NCBI GenBank assembly: GCA_965235115.1
Contig: OZ249445.1
Span: forward strand, 15,004,001-15,068,000
DNA from: Laetmonice hystrix
Lineage: Eukaryota
Direction: 5' to 3'
Length of the DNA stretch: 64,000 nt
Made by a program: the position numbers and the translations under genes. This document shows positions 25,247 to 37,200 of the stretch, piece after piece. The notes under the pieces are model-generated. The model made no database searches. It saw nothing but the letters and a program-made list of their open reading frames with translations, and was not told the DNA's origin. How positions within the stretch are numbered: position 1 is the first letter of the stretch; each line of letters begins with the position of its first letter.

Positions 25247-28200
25247 CAGTAGCCCAAGTGGAAGTCTTGTCTTAACCAAGACTTGCAGCTTACCTGAGGA
25301 CTGACGATCTGGACACTGAATGACGTGCACGTTGTCCATCTTGCTGTGCACCCAGATTGACTTGTCCTGATAGTACCGTTCCGTGTCAAGGTCCACCACT
25401 AGCAGATCGACATGGTCGCTGTGTTTCTTGATATGTTCCACCACCTGTTGGTGAGAGTCTTCCAGAGCGTTGTGGCCGTTCACCTCCACTATTTTATCGT
25501 CTTTCTTCAGACCAGCGGCGTCGGCCGGCGAGCCGGTGTCGACGGAACCGATCAGGTGGCCTGGTCTCATCTTTTCCTCATGGAGGTTAAACCCATAGCC
25601 GTCAAAGTCTGACCACTTTCTGAGGCAGCAGAGGCGTGGCCGAGGGCCTGTCTCGGGTGAAGCTGTTGGTGGCAGGCCAACAAGGACAGGACCGTTACAT
25701 ACGTCAATAAACACAAATAATCGGTCGAGTTCAATCAATGCCCTCGAGCTGAAATCCTCAAGTTAAGAATTTCATCTTTTGGTACTTAAACCACATACAA
25801 GGAATTCCCACTGCACCCCAAACAGATCAATGCAAGAATTCATTGCTATCAGAAACACTGGAAGTCCTCAAGTCGTTTACAAGACACCGCTGATATTATG
25901 TATAGTTATAACCTAGTGAAAGATTGTGGAAGAATAAAACAGCAGTGAGTGAACGTGATCGATCAATGCTGCACCAAGTACATCAATACAGAACAATCCT
26001 GAAACAGAAAGTACACACTCCACGACGACAAAATCTGGTGTTAGTATCTACCGACGATACATTATGATGGAAGGAAAAAGGTTCAAAGCAAAATGACAAA
26101 TAGGGTGGGAAAATGTAAACTTAGTGGCAAAAATACTAGGAAGCGACTGAAGACTAAAAATAGTAAAATATTAGCAATATGTCTCAGTAACAGTACATTT
26201 TTCACCGTTTGTACACGGTAAGTTAATTCTCCCTCCTTTTGAAACCACAGGTCACACTTATTGTTCTCTCACCAGCAAGTACCACTAAATCCACATTCCC
26301 TTAGAACCTGTTATTTTCAAACCTATTTGTAAGTATCTAATCCACAGAGTGACGACCCACCAGTATACGTCACGTATGACGAGTTCGTCGAGGCCTTCAT
26401 TCTAGTTAACCAATTCATATTAGAAATGGCATACTACAGTTTCCTCCTTAACGTATAATTGGACAGAGTTTCTGGTTATACTTGGTTAATTCAAAACTAA
26501 AGTAGCCTGTCGATATGTAAAGTATATCCCTTGTAGATTAAAGCATGAAGTGTCCGCGCGTGAAACCTTAACTTCTACAAACCACCAAACCCTGCCCGTG
26601 TCATACCACTAAGTAACGACAGGCGAGTGTAACAGTGAACCATAGTTTGACACATTATGACTCAGAGTTTGATACATTATAAAACAGAGTTTGAGTAATT
26701 TCAAACCATGAAAGTCTCCCACGACCTGCTACTGCCTAAGGACTGTGAGATGATCTCTCTATCAGCACAGCCATCCTGGCTGATTTCCTGGGCAGCAACC
26801 TTCATACTGTGTTAGCCTGTTGATCATGTGACCTGTTAAAGGGTGACTTCAACGGTTCTCATTAGGTAAGAGTGCTGGATGTGCATTGCTAACGTGCAGT
26901 AGTTGTCCTTCCCAGTACTGAGCCCTTGTCTGGCTTATTTGTAATATAACCAAACAGAACACTCGAGGACTCTTACCTGTTACGGCCACATAGGAGGAGT
27001 CCATTACGTCCAGCCCTGCCATTTTGCTATCAACTGTGATTGACTGGCTTTTGAAGTACTTTTCAGCCTCAGAATCGACCACCAAGAGTTGGACTTCATT
27101 GGGGCTCTGAATGATCTTTGCCACCACCTGTTTGTGGCTGTCACCGACAACGTTTTGACCGTTCACCTCAACTACTTTGTCCCACTCACGTAAACCAGCG
27201 GCATGGGCAGGAGAGCCTTGTTCTATTGCGGTAACCAAGTGGCCTGGCTCGTTCTTCCTCTCTTGGAGGTTAAAGCCATAGCCAGTGTAGTCAGGTCTCG
27301 TCTTTATGTGGTAGAGGCGGGCTCGTGGACCTGTGCCTAGTAGAAGGTATGTCGCTATTTATGGCAAAGATTTGTCAATTCAAATTTTTACCAGAGATAT
27401 GAAATTATGCAGATCTAATATTTAACCTTCCACCTACAATTATTACTTAATGACACCATTCCAGTTTTGTATTAGTTTCAGACACGTAGAACAAGTACTG
27501 TGAGATGTACTCATTAAGAACCAAATGGTGCATAAATGGATTGGAGCTGATGTGAAAGAAATATCAAGATGTCAACTATCCTCCAAAATTGTGAGCAAAG
27601 GACACCAAATTTACATCATTGGAATGCCAAAATGGGATACTCATGAAGATATTTTCTTCACACTTGTCTTTTTAAGTCGTTTGAATTGCAGTTTCTTTTT
27701 TTTGTATTTGCAATTTTAAAAAGGTCGTCAGCCAGAAGAAACCAATCTTTTTTCTCTTTTCCTAAGATGCTATTGTGTTTTGGTTTCTATACTCTATCTT
27801 GTTCTCGGGTACTGTGAATATGATGGTGCATTCCTTCAAATTCAGCACACTTTGGCTGCATCTGAAATGTGTGCTTTATAAACAAATAAAGTGCTGTGTG
27901 CAAGGGTGAGGATGATACTATAGGTGCAAGGTGACACAGACTCAATCTACAGTACATTTAATTTTCATTTTTAATTCAATGTTTTGATTGTTTTTTTTTT
28001 AGTAAATCCTAATTATCTGAGCGTGATTAATCTGTGATTGCCAGCACACTGAAGCACAAAAACCGTACTTGAAAGAACACAATAATGGTTCACACTGCCT
28101 CACTTGACTGTAGACCATTGAACCAACACCTTAATGTTAGCATGTGATTTCAATGTTCCAGTGGCAATAATTAACGTGGAATGCTAGTAGTTCCCAATAC

Positions 28201-31200
28201 CAGGCCCATCTGTGTTATACAGCCAAACGCCCTAGGACTCTTACCTGTTACGGCCACATAGGAGGAGTCCACTACGTCCAGCCCTGCCATTTTGCTATCA
28301 ACTGTGATTGACCGACTTTTGAAATATTTTTCAGCCTCAGAATCAACCACCAACAGTTGGACTTCATTGGGGCTCTGAATGATCTTTGCCACCACCTGTT
28401 TGTGGCTGTCACCGACAACGTTTTGACCGTTCACCTCAACTACTTTGTCCCAATCACGTAAACCAGCGGCATGGGCAGGAGAGCCTTGTTCTATGGCGGC
28501 AACCAAGTGGCCTGGCTCGTTCTTCCTCTCTTGGAGGTTAAAGCCATAGCCAGTGTAGTCAGGTCTCGTCTTTATGTGGTAGAGGCGGGCTCGTGGACCT
28601 GTGCCTAGTAGAAGGGTACGTCTCTATTTCAGGTAAATTCTTTTTGTTCAAAACAGCCTGTATTTCATGGCAATTATTATCATCATAAATGTTACACGTT
28701 CTAAACTAATTTCTGTTTAAACATATTAAACATAATATATTATAGTTATTGCATGTTTACGACTATCAGGACTTAATATCCAGTAACGAAAACATCAAAT
28801 CCAGTGGCATTGATAGAATGGTTTTTTTTTACCAGACATCATGATATTGTCCATTTTAAAAAGAAGAGTTGTTAATTACTAGTACTATATCGATATGATT
28901 AGAGACTGTACTGTTTACCAGTGCAACAGCAACTCTTGCCACCATCCTTTTATTAGATTGTACGTGAACAACTTACAACAGTTATATCATGTCACGTGTT
29001 GTGGTGAAGTCACAAAAGCTGCGTGTAAGAGCCAGGACCCAGTTCCTAAAAACTTAAGATCTTGCTGAAGTTTAACGTTTCTGATTGCCTGGTCTAAGCA
29101 GACGAGCCAATCAGAAACGTTAAGCTTAAGCTTAAACAAGAAGTTTTTAGGAACTGGGTCCTGGTCTGTGAACAAGTTACCGACATGCAATCCCTTGGGC
29201 ACACCCAAGCCCAACTTATCTGTTACCCACATTAATTCCTTTGTTATAGCACCATCCTGAATGCATACCTTAGGCAACTTATTTTATACATGTGTATTAT
29301 GTATGCTTTACTTAGGTGCCCCCAACACCAGGTAAATTTGTCATCATTTCTTTTTTTTCTTTTTTTCCCATAACTTTTTTAGTGCAGTTCATCACTATGT
29401 TATGGAGCAATAAACCTTTGTCGACGCCTGTGTTATATGACAGCAGCCACCACTACAGGGTTAATGATGTGTGTTGGTTTAAGTCACATTAACCCCTGCC
29501 TGCCGCTGTGGTTCGCCTGGTGCAGGGTTAGTTTGGGTACTTACCCACGGTACCCAGGTGGGGCGTGACGTCATTGACGACGACGGTGGCCGGGGCCTGT
29601 TGACGGGAGACCAGGAGGGCCTGTTGACCGGTGACCGGGATGGCCTGTTGACGGGTGACCGGGAGGGACTGGCTCCGGTAGTAGTCGTCCGTCTCGGCCG
29701 TCACCAGTAAGAGCTTCACCCGGCCCTCCTGCTCCTTCACCTTACGCACGACGTCATCGTGCGAGGCGAGCACCACTTTCATATCGTTTACCTCGATGAG
29801 CACGTCGTTATCGCGTACCCCGGCCGCCTCCGCCGGTGACCCCGGCTCCACGGCGCCGATAATGTGCCCCGACCGATGGGCCTGCTCTTGGACTTCGAAC
29901 CCGTAGCCGTCAAAGTCGGGCCGCAGGGCCAGGTTACATATGCGGGGATGGATACTTGGGGGGTTGACGACGTCCACTGACGGGGAGGCTGAACAGGACC
30001 AAATGAGAACACCCAGTCACCCACTGCAGGCATAAACCGACACTCACACCGGCAAGTAGAGGTTTCCCTCTCAACCATCATACACAAACCTGTGATTGCA
30101 TTCTCCAAACCCTTCCTCTCAATGTATCGGTTTGATGGCACCATACAAGTCATCATCTATCACTACAAGCCAAGCCAACAATTTGCTTTAGCCATCTGTG
30201 CATCATTTACACACAAAAAACTCTTCTTTTTCAATGGTTTCATTCAATCTGGTTTCGTCATTCTTGCCATATCGATCATAAAGCGATTGTTTATGACCTG
30301 GTAAGGTCAGTGTCCAACTGTTGGTGATCACCACACCTGTCACCTTCCATACCTGCCCGCCACCTGGTACAGTGTCGCCACCTTGTGGCCCCTCTGCACA
30401 CCCCGCCAACCGCCGGGCTGCCAAGTGCAGTCTGCATCATATGTTACAATTTCCCTGCCAACTCTGATTAAAAACCGTAAGAAAAATTCCATCAATATCT
30501 TGCAGCCAAAGAGTCACTTTCTGTTAAAGCACTCATATAAATAAAGTGTCTTCCCGACGGGAACTTCTGGCATAAGTATTGTAACAAAACAAATGCCGAC
30601 TCTTCTGTTAATCATGGTGTTAAAGCTCCAGTGAATCTTTTAGCGTGATGTGTTACTATTTCTAGACTAACTAACGAATTAAAGTTCCTGATTTCACAAT
30701 CATATTGGACGTGGGCCCTTTGTGCGTTACTTGTTAAAAGCTCAAGGTATCTTTACATGTGTCGGCATTGAAAGCAATGGCTTGTAACCATTCACCATTA
30801 GTGGCGTGACCTACACCATTATATAGGTCAACGGTTGGCACATCATTATGCATCTGTTGGATGTCATGTTTTATACATGGGCCTACCTCCTGTTTCACTT
30901 CCAAGCTTGCGTGTGTTTTTTTAACAGCAGTGAGTCTCGAGTCATTTTGTACAAGCTTGTCTCTGCTAGATCAGAGGAAGATGTGAGAATGCCGATGTAA
31001 GCACCCCGAAGCCGGATCCAAACGCACACAGATCCAAACGGTCAGACTCTCTCCAAGTTCTCTTCTGAACCAACTCCGTACATGAGCATTCCATTAGTCT
31101 CCAGGTTAGCCAACTGTGAGATTCATTTGCATTCCGTTTTATTTTTGTAATTATTTCTGGTGAGGAGGCGGTTAAGTCCCTTGAATGCAGCGGTAGTTGC

Positions 31201-34200
31201 TTACCTAACGTGTCGGGAGGGTCTGGACATTCCACCAACATAATGTTGTCCATCTTTCCATGAATGATCATTTTCTCCCGACGGTAGAAGTCCCGTCCTG
31301 TCTCATTCACGACCAGCAGTCGCACGTTGTCGGGCGACCGTACGATTGACTCCACCACCTCTTGGTGTGATCTGTCCTCCACATTCTCTCCATTCACCTC
31401 GATGAGAACGTCTAACGGTTTGAGACCGCTCGCCGCCGCCGGACTCCCTTCATCCACCGAGCCAATAAAATGTCCTTCTTTCCCTTTCTCCTCGACCAGG
31501 TCGAACCCATAGCCGGACACTTTGGGCCACACTCTGAGGCTGCAGAGGCGGACAGCTGGGGCCCCCACAACAGGCACGGTTCCCACAGCTGGGGCCCCCA
31601 CAACAGGCACCGTTCCCACAGCTGGTCCTTTGGTTCTCAAGCTCCCTTCGCCAGAAGAAGTAAAATGGATTATATTCACAGAAAACACTCAAAAAATAAC
31701 CGTTCTGTATTCCTTTACAACTTCCATTCCTAGTAGGAACTATTATAATCAATGCTTTGGGGGAGATTTCTTGGGCTGTTTGATAAAAGGGAGGCTCGTT
31801 AAAAAGAGTGATCCATCACCCACATTTAATCGCGAGTTCCTATGAGAGATTACTGCATCTCACTGCAGTCGGGTTTCTAAAGTTAATGAACATAACTGAA
31901 CAGATGAGTCCTACAAACTACATGTATTTGAGGGGATCTTTATGATGCGTGGTACCTTTGAGAAGGTTCCTTACCTAACGGTACGGAGCCCTCCGGGCAC
32001 TCTATCACTTTGAGCATCTCCATGTTTCCATGGACTGACAGATTGTTGGTCCGGAAGTAGTCCAGGTCATCCCTGTCCACCGCCAGAATACGGACACTGT
32101 TAGGAGACTCCACAATCAGTTCAACCACCTCTTGGTGGGATCTGTCCTCCACATTCTCGCCATTTACTTCGATGACAACGTCTCCTGGTTTCAGACCGCC
32201 TACTGACGCCGGACTGCCTTCATCCACCGAGCCAATAAAATGTCCTCGTTTTCCTTCCTCCTCAAACAGGTCGAACCCATAGCCGGACACTTGGGGCCAC
32301 ACTCTGAGGCAGCAAAGTCGGGCCACTGGGACCTCCTCCTCAGGTACCACTGGGACCTCCACCTCATGTACCACTGGGACCTCCACCTCATGTACCACTG
32401 GGACCTCCGCCTCAGGTATCACTGGGACCTCCGCCTCAGGTACCACCGGGACCTCCACCTCAGGTACCACACTCAAACGAGGCACTACATTATGGCCAGA
32501 AGAAGCACGATTTATAGACTGCAAGGATCTTTTCTATACTTTCTGATACTTTCTATCATTCACTCAAAGGAGGGACAGAAATAACAGACGTCTCTCATGG
32601 GTGAATTTGAACCAAACCAAACCACCATATTGCGAATTATATATTCAATTTTACACCCTCCTGATCTGGGAGGTGGGGGGGTCCAAGCATTCATCAGTTG
32701 TATCTTTGATCATTTTGACTCTAGAACATTTCTTACCCGCTTCCAGTGTGCGTTGTGGACATTCTATGACCGTGATGTTGTCCATGTGTTCGTGAATGTG
32801 AATATTGTTGGCGCGGCAGTATCCGAGCTCGGCTTCATTCACCACGAGCAGCCGGACACTATCGGAGGATTCCATAATACAACCCACAACCTGCTCCAGC
32901 GATTTCCGTTCCACATTGGTACCGTTAACCTCTATGAGGTTGTCGTAGGGCTGCAGCCCGCCAGCCGCTGCAGGCGAGTCCTCATCCACCCGCCCGATCA
33001 CAAGGCCCGTTTCTCCCTTCTCTTGCCGCAAGTCAAACCCGTAGCCTGACACGTCCGGCCAGGTCTTAAGGCAGCACAGACGGGCAGATGAGCTTCGAAC
33101 TGGCGCCACAACCGGGGCCACAACTGGCGCCACAACCGTGGGTATATCTGGCTGCTGCACATTTATCCGTGGCACTTCAGTTCTGACGTACTCCGTATTC
33201 CGCCACTCTGACCACGGAGAACAACATCAGTTTTAGTCATACAACAAGACTTTACGACACCTCTCAACAACACCCAGCGCTCCCCCTCCGGTTATGAAGC
33301 TTAATAATCATTTCATATCCAGTACAGATATAATAGGGTCTCCAAGCATTAAGAAACTTGTCAGGCGTTTATAGAATGGACAATAGAAACTGTGGTGAGC
33401 CTTATTTTTTTGTTACTGTTTGCTCTAAAACAAATACAATATTTCTCCTGCTGTCTTGGGTAAGTAGCCAGCGAGCTTCTCCTTACCAATCAGAGAAGCT
33501 CATCAAGAGGCGAAGATTCCAACTACCTCTCAACCTGTGAACTGTCAGTATATCAAACCAACTGACCACCAACAGATTAGTGTACTGTACATTGGATTCC
33601 ACATGTTTAATGCCTGTGGCCACCCTGGCCTCCAGTGTTAACGCTGAAGCAGATAAAGGTCCTTACCTCCATTGGCCCAGCCGGCCTTAGGAGATGATGT
33701 CACCTTGAGCCCCTCCATGCGGCCATGGATGGGGATGTTGTTCTGAACAAAGTAATCGTAGTCGGCGGCGCTCACGACAAGGAGGCGTAAATTAGAGGTT
33801 GAGCCTTTCACCAACTCCACCACGCGACTGTGGGGTTTGTGCTCCACATTCTCTCCATTCACTTCTATCACTTTGTCAAGGGACTGTAAGCCGCTTGCTT
33901 CAGCCGGGGACCCTTCATCGACCTTACCGATCAAATGTCCAGGTTTGCCCTCCTCCTCCAGCAGATCGAAGCCGTAGCTCAGGTCATTTGGCATTTTCTT
34001 CATGACGCATAGACGAACAGCTGGAGGTGGACCAGCTGCTTGAGATAATGTAACTCGATTGTCTGCCATAACGGGAATGTGATCGTTTGCTTGAATTGGA
34101 ATCTGATTGGCTGTGACAATAATTGGGAAGTGATCGTCTGCTCGAACTGGCATCCGATTGGTCCTCAAAACTGGAATCTGATCGTCTTCTCGAACTGCGA

Positions 34201-37200
34201 TCTGATTGGCTGTCACAACAACCGGAATCTGATCGTCTTCTCGAACTGCGATCTGATTGGCTGTCACAACAACCGGAATCTGATCGTCTGCTCGAACTGG
34301 AATCTGATTGGCTGTCACAACAACAGGAATCTGATTGGCAGCTCGAATCCCGTGTGCTGGAGTAGGATCAAGCTTACATTCAGCATAGAAACACTCAAGT
34401 GGGAAGCACTGCGTCCTCATTTAAAGGACGAACGCTCTATTTACGTAATGGATTATAACGAACACGATATGTACTGTAATGAGGATAAGTTTTGTCTTTA
34501 ACAATGCCATTGTCAAACCTCTCCTCCACCCGCACCTGGCTCTGCGTTAGGACAGTTTGCAGACATTGGCAAAAAGCTTGCCCACCTCCCGTCTTGCAGG
34601 AAATGCCCAAGACGTGCCCATTTGAGTTTAAATCATTAATCAGTTGTGTCTCTGCACACACACCCCGTAAAAAATGCAAAATATGTGAGCTGACATCTAA
34701 TCTACAAGCGCGTTGTGATCAGCGTCCTTCCACCATCACCTGGCATTGGATTAGTGTGAGATTTCAGCCTTCTGTATATTGTTGGAATATTAAAACTGTA
34801 TTTTAGTTTCTGCTTCTAATACAGGCGTGAGAAGAACCAGCAGGCCCGCCCTGCCTTCAACCCCCAACGGGGCTGGTGCACGTGTATCTTTTGTTTTTTG
34901 TTGCAGTCTAAAACAACAGAAGGCAGTGTCATCGGACATTATCTATGTTATATACACTAGCGATAGTCCACAGGAACCAAAAAGACAACAACTGCATACT
35001 GAAGAGTCAGGCAGAACAGATTCACATCGAGTATTTCCAGAGGAAATCCACAAGAAAGCACATGTTAAAAGATGACGGCTACCACTAGATTATGATGACG
35101 TAAGATGGCCGGCCGGTGTGTGTTGGCACCAGACCGGACAGGGCTTACCTTGCGGCCTCCGCCTTGGGCCTTCCCTCACCGTTATACTGTCCATCTTTCC
35201 GTGTACCCAGATAGAGTTGTTATCGTAATATTTCTCAGCCTCTGAATCAATCACCAGTAATCTAACTTCGTCCTTTTGTTTTATCCGCTCCACAACTTGC
35301 TTGTGAGTGTCCTCTAGAACATTCTGACCGTTCACCTCTACGATTTTGTCCCCTTTCTCCAGTCCGACCACCTCAGCGGGTGAGCCGGCATCAATGCCCC
35401 CTATCATGTGACCTGGGTTGTTCCTCTCGTGATACAGGTCAAATCCGTAGCCGACGAAGTCGGACCACTTGTAGAGGATGAAGAGTCTCGGCCCAGGCAC
35501 CGCCATCACTGAGCTCACCGTCTCAACTTTTCCTGACATCAAAATTCACACATGAGCATGCATGATCAACGACAAACACCACCAGCTTACAGTTTTAAGG
35601 TAAATACAGAACATAAATCCACCTGAAATAGGAGACATTTAGAAAATGTAACCACACGGCCAGTATGGCTTTTGTTTATGTTTCATGCACTGCACATGAA
35701 ACATGTCTGTTGAAGTCATGGTCGAGAGACATGTCACGTGAGTGACATTAATAACAATTTAATGTTATACGTCATCACAACATGTTTCATCCTCATTAAA
35801 AAAATGTCAAATCGATCATTTCACGTCCATCTTCCCTCTACACATTTACAAGTAACATTACACTTTTTTTCATTTTTCATTTTTACGAAGCAAGTACTAA
35901 TAGGCCTGTCGCTGTGGATTCGACGAGAGTAAATTTTTGCGTGTGCAACCCATCAGTCGATTCCAGCAGGCACTCCGCCTTTGTCAACAGTCTACCTCTA
36001 ACCGTCTAAGTGTCCATGCAAGGTTATTGTCTGGTGGTGCTCAAATCCCATGTTCCTAGGGTGGGCTTGGGTGTCAAGAGCAGCATCCCCATCACCTGGA
36101 GATTGAGGATTAATCAAACATAACATGGAATGGTGGCGCCTAGTAGTTAATGCCAGTGATAACCTACGAGTGTATGGAAACCCCGATACCAGCGTCACCC
36201 GTCAGCAACCGAACTCAAACACACCTTCTACTACGGAGGCTACAATAGACAGATTGGAGTCAGTCTAGAATGTCGTTGTCAGTACCATTCAACACTGGAC
36301 AAGACTATGTATTTAAAGACAGGAGGGGTAAGAGCAATAAACAGCACAAAAATGAAGAACAGATGTCAAGAACCACAGATAAAAAAGGTCGGGATGGGAG
36401 GGTATGGGAGAGATCAGGCTAAAAAAAAGACAACGCTAAGCTACCCATTGCTGGCACCAGGCACTGTCTTACCTGCCGCTGGTTGTTCATCAGGACAAAC
36501 TATGACTTCTATATTATCCATGCGGCCATGTATCCAGATAGAGTTTTGTAGGCAGTGACGGTCGGTGTCTGAGTCAACCACGAGCAGTTTCACCTCGCTG
36601 CTGTGGTCACGTATCTTCTCTACTACTTGCTGGTGCGACAGGTCAAGTACATGGTGGCCGTTCACCTCTACTATTTTGTCCTCCTTGCGAAGTCCAGCCG
36701 CCTCTCCGGGGGAATTGGGATCCACAGATCCAATTAAGTGACCAGGGTGCTTAAGTCTCTCATGGAGGTTGAAGCCGTAGCCACTAAAGTTGGGCCACTT
36801 TTTCAGGTGACAGAGTCGGGGCCTACACACTGCTAGAAGCAATGCAAACAAGGACACTTAGAGTTATGTTCATCGTGTTGGGAAGAATGCACAGTACAAG
36901 GCTCCACCTCCTTGTAAAAAAAGACTGTCCTTAAAACGGGACACATTATAACTGGCTATACTCCCTTCCCGTGTTGAGGTTTAAAGAACTGTTTTAGCAT
37001 ACTTTTAGAGAGATCAAAACAGATATAATTTATGGTATCACAAATGTCTCACAAAATGCATTCCCAGTCCTACAGCCCCAAAGAGGACGTTATTAGTCAG
37101 AAAACCGTTCACCTCACAATCCGAGGATTCAACACCTTTCAGTCCAAGAGCCCAACGCCGGACACCAACCAGTCCCTGAGATTCACATTCCCAGTATACC

